64,000 nt of DNA from Felis catus (Eukaryota), in contig NC_058368.1 of the NCBI RefSeq assembly GCF_018350175.1, positions 193,380,001-193,444,000 of the forward strand, read 5' to 3'. Positions within the stretch are counted from its first letter, which is position 1. Each line of letters opens with the position of its first letter. Shown piece by piece: positions 14,225-27,495 of this stretch. Made by a program: the position numbers and the translations under genes. The notes beneath the pieces were generated by a model that worked only from the letters and a program-made list of their open reading frames with translations, was not told the DNA's origin and did not search any database.

Positions 14225-15510
14225 TGAATATCTCCCACTTTCTGTCCCTGCTACCACCTTGGCAAACACCTCTGTCACTGTTCATCATGCCTACTTATTA
14301 CACTTTATCACTTCCTTCATCACTTTTCTTTATCCTTGCCTCCACCTTGCCCACTTCTTTTTCCCCACCCTCATCCATTCCTCACAAAGCAGCTACAATG
14401 TTCTTTTGAAAATGGAAATCAGATCTTATCCTAACACCATGGCTCTGAGCCCTTCTGAGGTTTCTCATCATGCTTTGAATAAAGTCTGAACTCCTTTGCA
14501 TGACCTCTAAGGGTCTGTTGTCGTCGGGGTCCTGCTGACCTAAACAGCATCTTTCTTCATATCCCTGTCCCTCATCGACTGCTTCAGCTCCTAGGACACA
14601 GCAAGGCCTCCATCATGCTGCACGCACTAGCTAGGACTTTCTCTCCCATGCCCACTCAGCCAGTCTTTCAGGGACGGCCCTAAGTAGGTTACCCACTGTT
14701 CTCTGTCACAGCATTTGATTTGTCTCCTTCACAGCACTTTACTCAAGTTGTAATTACGGTAGAAGCCCTTTTATCTGATGCAATGGGGGCTGAAATTAGA
14801 TTATTTGTGAAAGATGATCAAAAAGGAGAATCACAAAAAATGATTCATAGCAGGTATTTTCTTTTAGCTTAAAACTGCTAAGTGCCCATGTATTTATCAA
14901 TCTTTTGATACAGTGGGAACTTGAAGACATTTATAAAATAAATGTAAGTGCAGAATTTGTTTTTCCCCTAACTTTTCTAGTTGTCTCGCCTACACCTAAC
15001 ATGACAATGTTTTTAGTGATTCATCTTTGAGACTTTCAAAGGTATTTAACTTAGTTTCCAAAGAAATAAAACAACTTTGTCTTGCACTCGTATTTCACCA
15101 GTTTACATACTTTTCAGTTACAATGCCCCAATATAATAAAAACACAGAAGTATAACTAGGCTTGGAAACAACAGAAATGATTCCTAGCATATTTCCAACA
15201 AAGCTGACATGGACAGAACTAGATGGGCTGATCGGAGATGAAGCTAGATCGGAGATGAAGCCAGAAGCTTCCAGGAGTGTCAGCACAGTTGTTTACTGAG
15301 AAAATGGGGCATGCAGGTCAAGCCAAAGAGATGGTTATGAGAGATTTCACTGCATCTAATTGATGGTTGGCTTGTTAATGATCTGTTCCTCTTAATTTAA
15401 GGCTGTACGTTTTGAGGGCAGGACCTCTTTCTCCTTTTCTCAGCCCGCTGACCCACTGCATAGCATTGAGAAGTATAACGAGTGCCAAGTAAATGAATCG
15501 CTCAGTGAAT
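14225..15510 (+). mobile_element. L2 LINE split by an inserted DNA element
   Basis: L2-like pyrimidine-rich body runs to TTGTAATTA (14756) and resumes at about 15353 through TTGAGGGCAGGAC...AAATGAAT. Confidence 0.6.
14757..15352. mobile_element. Probable old TcMar-Tigger-type DNA transposon inserted in L2
   Basis: Decayed inverted termini TA|CGGTAGAAGCCCTTTTATC and GTTATGAGAGATTTCACTG|CA, an AT-rich interior, and L2 sequence on both sides. Confidence 0.45.
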
Positions 15511-15526
15511 GTGATGTGCTTTGAAC

Positions 15527-16344
15527 TGTTGAGGTTCAGAGCTAACGGCTAAGAAAGAATTCTTGAGACATCTTTGGTACAAGAAGGTGTCTTATTAAAG
15601 CATGGTGACATGACCTGTGGGCAGAAAGAGCTGCACTGGGATTGTGATGGGTGACTGATTATAAACCTTCAGGTTGGGAGGGGGTTAGGGATAGCATTAA
15701 GTCTCTAAGATATTTTGGAAACAAGGTTTCCAGGACCTTGTAGGGCTAGCTGCTGTTAGGAAAAGGTTACTTATTACTACTTAATAAACATTCAGCCTTC
15801 AGATGTATATCAGGGGTCATAAGTTTGGAAAATGATTGCCAACATATATCTTGGGTCAGCAGGGATTGAGATGAAGGAAGTTTTCAAAATGAACAACTCA
15901 GGAAACTACAGATGCTGGCAAGGATGTGGAGAGATGGGAACTCTCTTGCACTGCTGGTGGGAATGCAAACTGGTGCAGCTGCTCTGGAAAAGAGTGTGGA
16001 GGTTCCTCAAAAAATTAAAAATAAACTACCCTATGACCCAGCAATAGCACTCCTAGGAATTTACCCAAGGGATACAAGAGTGCTGATGCATAGGGGCACA
16101 TGTACCCCAATGTTTATAGCAGTGCTTTCAACAATAGCCAAATTATAGAAGGGATTTTTATATGTTCAAGTAGACATATAGGATCCTGGGGGTTTGGGAT
16201 AAAATTGCCTTTTGCCCTTAGCAAAGTGTCATCATCAAGGCAGCTGAGTTCCAAGAAGAATGTCACTCTGCCTGTTTCAAGAACTTGTCAATGGGCTGTA
16301 GACAGTAAGGAAATTTAAATTTTCCTTTGCCTTTGTTCCCCACA
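15527..16344 (-). mobile_element. Carnivore ERV1-type solo LTR interrupted by an L1 fragment
   Basis: TG...CA termini (TGTTGAGG at 15527, CCCCACA ending 16344). TTTAATAAGA on the minus strand near 15595 lies where the LTR poly(A) signal is expected. AAGAAAGAATTCTTGAGAC...GACCTGTGGGCAGAAAGAGCTGC recalls carnivore ERV1 LTRs. Confidence 0.65.
15886..16151 (+). mobile_element. Internal L1 ORF2 C-terminal fragment (felid/carnivore L1) with no 3'UTR or poly(A)
   Basis: Translates [77 protein letters not shown], the L1 ORF2 C-terminal region. Confidence 0.92.
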
Positions 16345-19300
16345 TAAAATGGACTATCCCTCCCTCAAGTGAGGACTTTGGTTTTCTCAGCTGTAAGAGG
16401 ATAGGCATGAGTTATACAAGCATGATCCAAGCAGATCCAAATTCTGCTCCCACTAATCACATTACCAATAACCATTTCTATATTTCAAATTCTGGTTTCC
16501 TCCATACATTCTACGTATACCTTAGAGCATTACATTACTGACCTCCCTCACACCCACACAGGCCATACAACCACCACCACTGCCACACTACCACCTGCCC
16601 TCCCAGCTGGGGCCATTTGTTGCTTTAGCGTGACCCCCTTCCCCAGTGCCTCTTCGGAGACAGGTAAGCAGGTGGCAAGGCCAGTTATGGGCCGTGGTGC
16701 TAGGTCCATGGAACCCCTGCTGGGTTTGTGTCTTTGGGATGTTATGACGCCTGAAACTGCCTTGAGTATGAGTACAAAGGGCCTCCTTTTTGTAGATCTG
16801 AGGTGGGAAGCTTGGATCTGCCTTATTTGAGACATTGGGAAAAATCCGCCCCTGCCATCCGTACTGCCTTGGGTTGGTCTTTTCTGGTCCCCCCAGTGCT
16901 GAGATCCAGAGAGCTGAGATCAGGTGAGCACCTTGAGGGAAGAAGTTTCCATGGGTCTTCCAGCTACATATTTCCCTCTTATATCTAAGGAAAGAGAGGG
17001 GCTGTTTAGGGTTTGGGGATTCTGGTTACTAGCATAATAATAGTGGCAACAAATGGTGATGGTGATGATGGTGATGATGATGATAGTTTCTAATATTACT
17101 GATACCAGCTTGCATATATTGGGCCTGTGAAGCTAGCAAATAGACAACATTTTACATTCATTAACTCTTTTAATCTCTGTAGCAATCCTAGAGGGTAAAT
17201 GCTATTATTATTATTTTTTTTAAGAAGGACTGAGGGAGGTGGGCATCGTAGAGCCAATAATGGCAGAGCTAGAATTCAACTCTAATGTATGTCTGATTCC
17301 ACAAAGTGAGTTCTTACTATTATGCTAAATAACCTTTTCACATATCTAACACCATGACATTTGCTGAGTGATTCATTTGCTGATTCAACATATCATATGT
17401 GATCCATTTTGGGGAATGTAAGAAGAAGGCACGTAGGAAATGTCTGTGATGAGTGACATTGTAGAGAGCTGATAAAAACGAGGAGACTCTAAGAGCTTCC
17501 TTTTCCTGCTCTCCTGAGACCAAGGATGTAAACACTTTTAATCTCATATAACAGCTCTGGCTATTTGGTGCTGGTGACTAGGTTGAGGGGGATTCTGAAG
17601 CCGTATCTGGGCTCCAGGGGATGCAGTGCTAGGACATGGGGGCGCTGTCTGCCCTGTTCTCCCCCTGGAGAATGAGTTGCCCTTTCCTCTGAATGTATAG
17701 AACATGCTATACGTCGACTGCAGAACTTACTTCATTTTCTCTTGTACAAGACTTTACTAGTGGTTCATGAGTCCGTCTCCCTCATCACATTAAAATGTCC
17801 ATTTTAAAAGCAGGGGCCTCGGTTCTTATTTTCCCCATAATGTATCACATATGAGGCCGGGCTGTCATATCCTAGCATGGTATCCCATGCAGCCCAGATG
17901 CGAATTCAGCATCCTCCTCAAACTAGTCACCAGCACCAAACAGTCCGAGCTGTTATGTGAGATTAAAAGTATTTACATCCTCAGTGTCAGGACAGCAGGA
18001 GAAGGAAGGCCTTACTCAGAGTCTCCTCATTTTTATCAACTCTATAGCATTGGTCATCACAGACATTTCCTACCTGCCTCCTCATTTTAAAAATGCTGAG
18101 GCAGTTTAAAGTGTTTTCTATCTTCTCACCTCACTGGCTGTCAGCTGGGGTCCAAGAGGTGAAGGCCCCAAGTCAGTATATCATGCTGTAATGGGCATCC
18201 TGAGAAAGCCCTGTGGGAGCATGGACCTCTAGGAGGGCTGCTGCTTCGAGCTTTACCCAAAGCCAGGAGGGAAGTGGAGGGAGGAAAAGGGAGGGAAGGA
18301 AACACATCTTTGCCCTCTTCAGGGCCTAAGTCTGCAGAGCAAAGGCACAAAGGTCATGGAAAACCATCCAGGGTACACTGGCCTGTCTTTGGCCCCCAGC
18401 TTGGGGTCTAGTGCACCGGCCTACCCTTCCTGTCTCTGTGTGGAAACTTGCCCAGCCTCGTCCTATCTCTGGGCCTTGAGGTTCTTCTTGGTAAAACCTA
18501 AGATTTGGTGGCAGTTCCCTACAATTCCAATATTCTGTGATGATTCCCAGCCACAAAATAATGAATGGGAGACAGAGCAAATCTGGGCAGTTGACGAGGC
18601 AAGGACTCTGCTCAGGAAGCTGACCATGGTCATGAACTTGTGCATTTGCTCCTAGATAGGAAAGTACTATAGGGAGTGCCCTGTCCAGTGTAGAACTGTA
18701 CTGCAGGAAGAAGAAACTAGAAAACAAAACCCAATAATTTGGGCCACTGTATGGACAAGTAAACCAGAACAACATGAAACGAAAAAGCAGAACTGACTCA
18801 AGAACGGGCTGGGGTACTGGCTCTGTAAGGATCTGGGGAGAGGGAATATACAAATGGGGTAAAGCAAATGCAAATGAACATGTAGATGCATTTAGTTAAT
18901 TTTTAAGTTGTCAAATATCCAATAGTGGCTGGTTAGCCTCAGATGTCACCCAGAGGAGCTAGATAACGTTCACTGAAGCAGTAACGCAGAGTAAAAGCTA
19001 CCATTTATTGAGTATTTACTAAACATTTGTATTGCTAAACATGAGCATTAATTTCTTTATTTCCCACAACAATCTCATGAAAAAGGTATTAGCATCTCCA
19101 TTTACAGATGAAGATACAAGGTTTCAAAGTCACATGGACACGGCCAACCTGGGAATCAAAACTAGGTCAGTCTGCACTTCAACCCCACTCCTGTAGCCAT
19201 CCTGCCTTCAGAAAAGCAAACAGACAAACTGACATCCCTCCTTACACCTACTCCCCTGTGATGATGCAAATTTCATCACCACCCTCTCCACTCATTTCAG

Positions 19301-20092
19301 TCCTTTGAGATCCCACTCAAACACCACTGCTCCTGCAACAACCCCCATCTGAATCAATCCATCCCTCCTTCGGCTCTTACCTCACATTTCCATTAGTGCC
19401 CTTAGCACTTTTCTGGCTTGTTCTAGAGTTGATTGTGTCTGGTCCTCCCTTTACACACAAAGCAAGTTGTTCAGACTCTCATTTTGACACTTAGTGTTTT
19501 GCATTAATACCACCCACGCCTGGATTTGTCTCCCATCTTTTGCAATCAACATTTCCCTTAAAGACAGGAACTGTGTCTTAGGAATCTTTCCGTGGACCTG
19601 GCACTTAATAGTGCTTTGGGAACAGATGCTTGCTAGGGGAGGCTGGCACACACAGCTGGTTTCTCCATCCTGTCTGCTCTATCAGCTGTGACACCCCTCC
19701 GGAGTACTTTTCCTTGCACCTTTCCCATGGTCAGGGTCATTGGACACTGCCAGGAGGGATCTGGGAGTCCTGTGTGGAACAACTTTCAGATAAATGAAGG
19801 AGGTGAAGGAGGAAACTTCCCTTCTCCATTGCCACTCTTGTCCCTGTGGTCCTCTTTCTTCCAATGCAGACCTGTCCTCTTTGGCGTCCTCAGAGTTCAC
19901 TTTAGGGAAAGGATTGCTTATCCCGTTCTCTTACTTTGGAGTTAGTCACTTATTTCTTCCTTCCTGGGGAATTAAGTCTCTGATCCCCATAAAGAAATCT
20001 TTAGAGATCCTTTTTCAAGGATGGCTTCGAGAGGCTTCGAGAGCCATACTTGGGATACCTACATGCCTATGCTGCCTCCTGGCTGGCTATTT

Positions 20093-20290
20093 GAGTGGTT
20101 AAGAGCACAGGGTCTGACAGTGGACAAACTCCATTCAATTCCCCAATCTGTCCCTTGGGCAAGTTAATTAGTAACTCTGAAATCTTTGCTGTCTCATCTG
20201 TATTACAGAAATAATAATAGTACCCACCTAATGGCGCTGCTTTGAGAATTAAATGCATTTAAAATGTGTTCTTAGCACACAGTGCCTGGC
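20093..20290 (+). mobile_element. MIR SINE
   Basis: AGTGGTTAAGAGCACAGGGTCTG...CTTGGGCAAGTTAATT...ATAATAATAGTACCCACCT. Confidence 0.8.
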
Positions 20291-21579
20291 TACCATGGTG
20301 TCTGTTGTTCCAGATGCTATTGTTGTGATGTTGCTGCTGTTTTGTAAACAACATCATCTCACCACTAGAGAGATAAGAGCAACATGTAGCTGAAAACCTT
20401 ACCTCTGCAGTTAGTAGGAAACAAAAAGTCACATGTAGCTTCTAGCTGGAGCCTAAGAATAGCTGTAGTTAAGTTTCTGCTTAAAAATAACTTGCACGCT
20501 TTTAGGCTTTTAGAATCCAAGGTGTTTTAGAGAGCATCCTTATCAATTATGCCATTTTATAGAAAATGGAAGCTCAGGGAGGTGAAATGGCATTTCCAGA
20601 GTCAATCAGCCAAATGTCAGGCAAGGTGACACTCAAAGTCAGGTCTCCTGACCCCAGTCCACCCAGTGTATTTCTCACTGGGTATCCCTTGAGCGGCTGC
20701 CCTTTTCTTGGATTTAACCACTGTGTGCTCTCTCCACCTTCCCCATCAGTCCCCATGGTAATCTGGGCACCACCTAAAGATGTTGCTTTGCCTGGGATGG
20801 AGAAGACCATGGTGCTACATCTTGCAGAATAGACACTGCTGAGATGAGTGTATTTCTCTATGCAGACAAGTTTCGACTCTGGTCTAACTGTCCGTTACTG
20901 TCACTCCTACGTGAACCAATTCTGCTGAAACTAATGTGCCAATGTTAATATTAGAACTGCGGGTTAAGGGTCTAGTCCTCCCGTTCAAAGGCTGCCATTG
21001 AACTCTTGCCAATGAGAATCGCACTGGCATCTGGAGTGAGTGTCAACAGTATAAAACATGAGGAAAATAAGGTAGATTTGTCATTCTCCACATCGAGAGA
21101 GCAGAGTCAAGGCCTAGCCTAACTACCAGAGATGAGATGAGGTAAGACCCTGGATGGAAATCACTCAAGGTGCAACTGTGGGGAAGAGACCCTAACCAGG
21201 CCTATCAGGTGCTCTGACTCCCAGAGCACACCGGACAAGCCCTCTGCTCTAAACATGAGCCTAAATATGCTTTGTACCTTACCACCTCTGAACTTTTGTT
21301 CACATTGCTCTTTCTGCTTTCCTCTATTATTTAAAATTATATAGGGCTCTGTATCATTTTTAAAAAGCATTTTTATTCCTGCTGTTTTGCTGAATAATCA
21401 GAACTCTGTGAGGCAAGTGCTTATCACTGCTCTGTCACTGATAAGAAACTGGCAATTTAGAGGCACAAGAAGACTTGCCCTGGGCCACAAAGCTCATCTT
21501 GCAGTCAGGCCTTTTTCATTCTCCAATCTCCAGGTTCAGAGACTTTCCATATGTGAGAATCAGTGGTGCCTCCAGGCTT

Positions 21580-21820
21580 TAAGCCGGATGTAAGCTCCGG
21601 ATTGCCTGGGTTTGAATCCTGGCACTTGTCGTTTGCTACTTGCTCATAGTATGAGCCTAAACCTATTAATTAGATAGTCTATGCCTCAGTTCCTCTATAG
21701 GCAGAATGGGAATAATCATAGTTTCTGTGTCAAAACAATGAGAGGACTAAATGAGTTTTTATGCGCAAAATGCTTAGAACAGTGGCTGGCACAAAATACC
21801 TGCTCAGTAAATGTTGCTAT
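21580..21820 (+). mobile_element. MIR SINE
   Basis: GCCTGGGTTTGAATCCTGGC...GCCTCAGTT...GCTTAGAACAGTGGCTGGCACA. Confidence 0.8.
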
Positions 21821-24800
21821 GGCAACTACACTGCTTCCTGTTTGAATTCTCTCTGCCAACGCTCATCTGAAATGCCATGAAGTGCTGTTCTGACTTTTTG
21901 TAAATAGATGCAATTCCTGTCTCTTTCAGACCCTGTAATCATTTGTACTTTGCTCCCAGCACACAGTGTGTTCTGCTGTGCACCGGAGATATCTGTAAAC
22001 CTGCTTTTCTCATCTAACTCCCGCTCGCCTGTGAGTGCTGTGGTATCTGAGAGAGCCCTCTGATATAAGTACATCCCCCGCAGTGCCTGGCATGGTGCTC
22101 AATGCCAAAGAGAAAAGCAGTTGGCAAATATTAGTTCCACTTCACTCAGTTAAACCCAGAATTCCAGTTCCCATTAAGTCCCAGAATGTTAGGGCTGGAA
22201 AGACTCCTTAGGGATCAGTCAATCCTCTCGTGTGGCTGGATAACTGGGCTGCCGCCAGACAGAAAGGTATTTGTCCAAAGTCACACTTGTTAGTGGCAGA
22301 AATAGGCATGGAAACCAGATCTCATCCTACCAGCAGCCCTGGGCTCCACCCAAAGCACAGGGCTGCGTCTCTCTCCATGGAATGGAGGGGGAAACAGCCC
22401 ATGTAGCAGAAGTAAAGAGCAAAGGATGGGACAAATGGCAGCACACAGCTAAGCTTCAGCACCACTCCTGCTCCCGGCATTGAAATGCATTAGGAAAATG
22501 CATCTCCAGAAGCCTACCAGGGAGGAAGAACTGGAATAAACTGCATGACCAATAAGGTAGTTTCTCTGAACGAACCTGGGATATCTCTGCGGCATGAATG
22601 CATCAGGAGCCCTGCAAAGGAAAAGCTTCTGGATCCTGAATATATTAAAATGCAAACCTTGAAGTGGTTCTTCTCCTCTTTCCACTTAACGCATAATCGA
22701 AACTGATGTCCTCATACTTTGGGCTCCAGAACACGTTCTTCTTGCTGAGATTTGTATATAGTCAAGACTAAGATGCACCGTCCCTGTACACAGAGGCTAT
22801 TTTTCACAGTTCTGGTAGGAATAAGGAAAGGTAAAGTTCTTATCAGCCTACGCCCCAGAGCCTCTTTTCCACAGACTATTGTCATGTTGTTTCCCCTTGT
22901 TGAGTTTCAGATAATGTTTAGATTCATGTAAAATGAATCAGAGATCATTCTGTACTGGTCAGCTTGACTTGGCCAGAGAAATGTTTTGATGGCTGATACT
23001 GTCAAGTCTTGTCTTCCAAAGTAAGATAAGGTAAATAGGTTTTAAGGTAATAAGCTCCCCCATCATCTCTGATGTAAATGCCTTGAGGGAGGGGAGTGGT
23101 GAGAAGCTAGTTCTGATGACAGTGGGGCTTTGCAGGAGCACAATAAGCAGGCACAGCCCTGGAGTGGGGTCTACTGAGGCTACATCCTCACATCTGGCTC
23201 GTTCAGACGACGACGCCCACGGGCACCCGTAACCACCAAGTGAGCCTCTGAAAAAGGGGGCATGTTGGCTTGCCAAGTCCTGGTTAGTGAGAGGTAATTG
23301 TTCACAACACAGCCTTCCTGGGGGGGGGGAATGCCCAGAGGGCAAACAGTTCTGACCTTGGGATTTTGAGGGAAGTCATCTTCTCCTTTTGCTCTCTATC
23401 CAATACATGAGTCATTTTTAAAACATTTTTAATGTCAGGGATAAAAAGTGCTTGTAACAGTCATGCAGGTGAGCCTGGGAGAAGTAAAAAAAAAAAAAAG
23501 ACTTTGTGCAAAAGAAATTGATCTGGAAGTCATTTCTAACTATTGACTGACCTGATGGTACGTACCCCTTTGTTTCCTCTAGATTGTTAAAACTAGTTGT
23601 CATTATTTCAATCCATACATTGGTTTAACAGACACACTGGAGACACGTGATGTGATTAGCTTTCAAAGAGCTCGCCCACTATCTTACTGACACCATAAAC
23701 CATGTATGAAGCAAACTGGCACTAACTTATTATAAGTGACTCTTTGCCTTAAAGAGTCACCTTCTCAGTCCCTGTGATTGGTATCAACTTCCATACTGCT
23801 CCAAAGATGAGCCATTAGGTATGTTGAATGCATATGTTTTGAGTGGCATTTCTAAATTTAAATTTCCCCTGGACACCAGGGAGCTGACTTGACAATATGG
23901 ATCCCATTACTTGCAAACAATGCCATTTTCTGTTATCTCGACGGCCTCCATGTTGATGGAAGTAACAATGGTAAAGCATGAAAATGGAATTGGCCTACAA
24001 ATTTTGAAGTTTAGTGGATTAATAAGATTGATCGCTCTTTATTGCTGTTTGTTTTTCACCCTTACACTTAATCAGTGTCTTCACTTAAAAAAAAAAAAAA
24101 AAAGAAAGAAAGAAAGAAACTTTATTCCCTGTATGACTGAATGCTCCATCAGCTTGGAACATCCTGAGCTGTCACTTAGTACCTCCTAGTAACATATAAT
24201 AAGCCCCCGCTGACGCTGTTGAGCTATAAGTTCCTTGAAGTCAGAGACAATCTGACATGAATAAGAACCAGCTCTGCAGGTCTGTCCCTCTTTGTGCTAA
24301 GTCCTGGAGGCAGCACTCTGCAGTGCAGGGTCAGCAAATGCATGATACACATACTCTCCTCTTCTGCACCCAGGGCAGACATCACTAATTGATCATGGCA
24401 TTCCTTCCAATGCAGCCCAGTCAAGGCCTCAGAGTTCCCATCATCAGCATTCCTGGAAGCCACTACCGATTTATCAGAATTCACAGGCTTGATAAAACCT
24501 ATTTTCTGGCCTAGACTTAATGGTTAAAAGGAAGGGCTTTGGAATTGGACTGACCTGAATTCAAGTCCGAACACTGCCACTTACTTGCTATGTGACTGGG
24601 AGAACAGTTGTCCAAGTGCCCTAAATCTCAGTTTTCCCCACTGCAGAGTGTTTCCTCTCATCCTTCGGAGGCCTACATTTATGCATTTCCTCCTCTGAGA
24701 AACCTCTATTCACTGAAGGCCTCACCTAGGCCTCAGAAAACACCCTGAGCTTGTTCTTCATAGTCCTTCCCACTGGAGCAGTGACGGGCCCCTTCCTTCT

Positions 24801-25379
24801 AATTCTCCCCGTTGGCGAGTGAGCTCCTCAAGGGCAGTTACATTTCACAGTTATATTTTCAGAGCCTGGCAAAAGGCTTGGTACAGTAAATAGCTAAAAA
24901 TAGGGGGTACCATTAACACATCAAAATCACTTAAAACAGTGCTAAGAATATGACAAATGCTCAATAAACATTAGCTCGTCTCATATTTTTTGTTACGTTC
25001 CATAATTTGAGGCTCAGAGAAGAAAGTTTACCATGGAGCTGTTACATATGTATGGTTTAATTTTGGATCATTATCACTCTTCAACTGCCAAGGGTACCAA
25101 AGGTATCAATACTTCCTACATCTTGAGAGAGCTGCATTCCTTGAAACAGGGCCACTTTCTTCTTTCTCAGGCCCCATAAAACTTAACATGGAACCTTATA
25201 CATAACAGACCTATCTGATCATGTTTTGGGCCGTGCCTGCCAGCCCAACCTTTGCCGATTCCAGCCCCCAACAGGCCTTTGCTAGATACTCCCAGGTTAC
25301 TGGAGTCCTGCCATTCTCTTTTGAGTACCCATGGCCAAAATATCAGCCCGGGAGGTCTGTCCTGGGATAATCACTTATG

Positions 25380-25563
25380 GCTGTGGTTCTCAAACTTGAG
25401 CATGCAATGCATTTGATTTCCCTAGAGGGCTTGTTAAGATGCAGACTGTTGGGCACCCCCCTCAGAATTTCTGATTCTGGGGTAGGGCTTGAGAATCTGC
25501 ATTTCTATCTTGTTCTCAGATGATACTCTGTGGCTGGTCCTGGACCATTCTTTGAGAATCGCT
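25380..25563. mobile_element. MER5A (hAT-Charlie)
   Basis: GTGGTTCTCAAACTTGAGCATGCA...GGGCTTGTTAAGATGCAGA...GAGAATCTGCATTTCT...CTTTGAGAATC, with inverted termini. Confidence 0.85.
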
Positions 25564-27052
25564 AATGGAAGACAGGAGATAAAAGACAAACACTCTTGTC
25601 TAGAGTATAAAGTTTAAGTTCTTTCATCAGCTCCCAGACTGGTGATGATCTCCATTTGAATCCTGTAAGCTGTATTTGCAACCAATTCTTATTAAAATCA
25701 AGGAAATTGACACATAAGTGTCAGCTGCAGGACCTTGATGAAGGATGAACAAGCAGGGTGTCTAAATTTTGCTGATGGAGCTCGCAATTGTGCCCCTTTC
25801 TCAGTTGACAACTAGTAAAATGACTTGATACTTTAATATCTCGCAGTTAATATCATAAGTTTGCAGCATACTTTATATTTTTTCAGAGTGTTTTCATCCA
25901 TATTATCACATCTGATTCTTACAGTTACTGCACTGGGGGGGGGGGGGGAGGCAGACAGGAATTAACATCTCTCTTTAGATGACAAGGACCCAGGTCCGTA
26001 CCCATGATACCCCATAGTCTCTGATGCAAGTGTCAGTTCTGCCTTTGGCCTCCCTTCATGTACTAAATCTTAATTTATTTTGGATTGTTACAGATGCTTT
26101 GAGTTAGAAGACATCATAAGGAGACCTTCTAATCAGAAGGTTCTGAGGCCCTTGGGGATACAGATTTCATTGGTAGCCTCAGGAAAGCTTTGGACTCTTC
26201 TAATACAATACAAATGTGCAAACATATGATACAATTTACATATAGCTTCCAGTTGTACAAGGACCAATTAAAGTCCAAGGTCACCATGTTTCATGACTGC
26301 AAGAGACACCAATCCCACTGAACTAACTGTAGTCCTGTAAAGATCATCCACCAACCATGGAAGAAGAGCAGAGGCTGTACATTCCACTTTGGTTGGTTGG
26401 TTTTTGTGATTTTTAATGGATGAAAAACTGAGATTCAAGAACTCTAGTGATTTGTTTCAGGTACCAGAGCCAAATAAAGGCAGAAGTAAAGTGGGAAGTA
26501 GGACTTCCAGAAGGTAATGTGGTACTGTGGCAGGGAAGGAAAATATGTCAAGTGCTACCACAAGTTGTGGCACCCAGTGAGCACAAATTCCTTGGCTCCT
26601 GGACTATTTTTGCAGTTCATGTTCATATGTAACAATTGGATAAGTCTTCCTTTCTCTCAGAACAGATAGATAATATGGTTGACTGGAAACCATATATACT
26701 CATGTCCTCTAGATCATATAAATCTATTAGACGATACCATTACTTATGACTGTGTTCACATGATATGATGTTCCTATATGCTTACGTCATAGCTCCATGT
26801 AGACATTTGTCCCTTAACCATGGGTACAAAAATAGAAAAGAAAAATCTCACCAAAGGGAAGAAAGCCCAGACTACAGTAGTGTCTAGTTTTCCCTACATC
26901 TTTTAATGCTTGCTTCAGCCTGTATAAGATTCATTCTTCCCACTACAAAGGAATCATATTGTACTTCCTAATCTACAGAGAGGAATGACTTTCACCCTAC
27001 TTTTTCATTGTGTATTTGCATCTAATTAACATTTAAAGTTAAGCAGAATTTA

Positions 27053-27260
27053 GGGGCGCCTGGATGGCTCAGTTGGCTAAGCGTCTGACTTCGGCTCAGG
27101 TCATGATCTTGCAGTGCACGAGTTCGAGCCCCGCATCGGGATCTGTGCTGACAGCTCAGAGCCTGGAGCCTGCTTCAGATTCTGTGTCTCCCTCTCTCTC
27201 TGCTCCTCCCCCACTCGTGCTGTTTCTGTCTTTCAAAAATAAATAAAAACATTAAAAAAA
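27053..27260 (+). mobile_element. Can-SINE (SINEC_Fc-type)
   Basis: tRNA-derived head GGGGCGCCTGGATGGCTCAGTTGG, a (CT)n tract and an A tail. TSD AAAGTT(A/C)AGCAGAATTTA at 27035-27052 and 27509-27526. Confidence 0.95.
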
Positions 27261-27265
27261 GTTTT

Positions 27266-27495
27266 GTTTTGTTTTGTTTTTTAATTTTTTTTCAACATTT
27301 ATTTATTTTTGGGACAGAGAGAGATAGAGCATGAACGGGGGAGGGGCAGAGAGAGAGGGAGACACAGAATCGGAAACAGGCTCCAGGCTCTGAGCCATCA
27401 GCCCAGAGCCCGACGCGGGGCTCGAACTCACAGACCGCGAGATCGTGACCTGGCTGAAGTTGGACGCTTAACCGACTGCGCCACCCAGGCGCCCC
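27266..27495 (-). mobile_element. Young SINEC_Fc inserted antisense into the tail of the preceding SINE
   Basis: CpG-rich, near-consensus body. TSD TAAAAAAAGTTTT at 27253-27265 and 27496-27508. Confidence 0.95.

Noticed and set aside
15231..15264. 17-bp tandem duplication ATCGGAGATGAAGC(T/C)AG
   Set aside because: Ordinary slippage inside an old DNA transposon.
18326..18853. 175-aa minus-strand ORF
   Set aside because: No recognisable homology, and its composition looks like translated non-coding DNA.
20865..21035. Exon-like segment between TTTCTCTATGCAG and GTGAGT
   Set aside because: Stop codons in all three frames and no homology recognised.
22455..22475. REST/RE1 left half-site TTCAGCACCAC
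   Set aside because: The right half (GGACAGCGCC) is absent.
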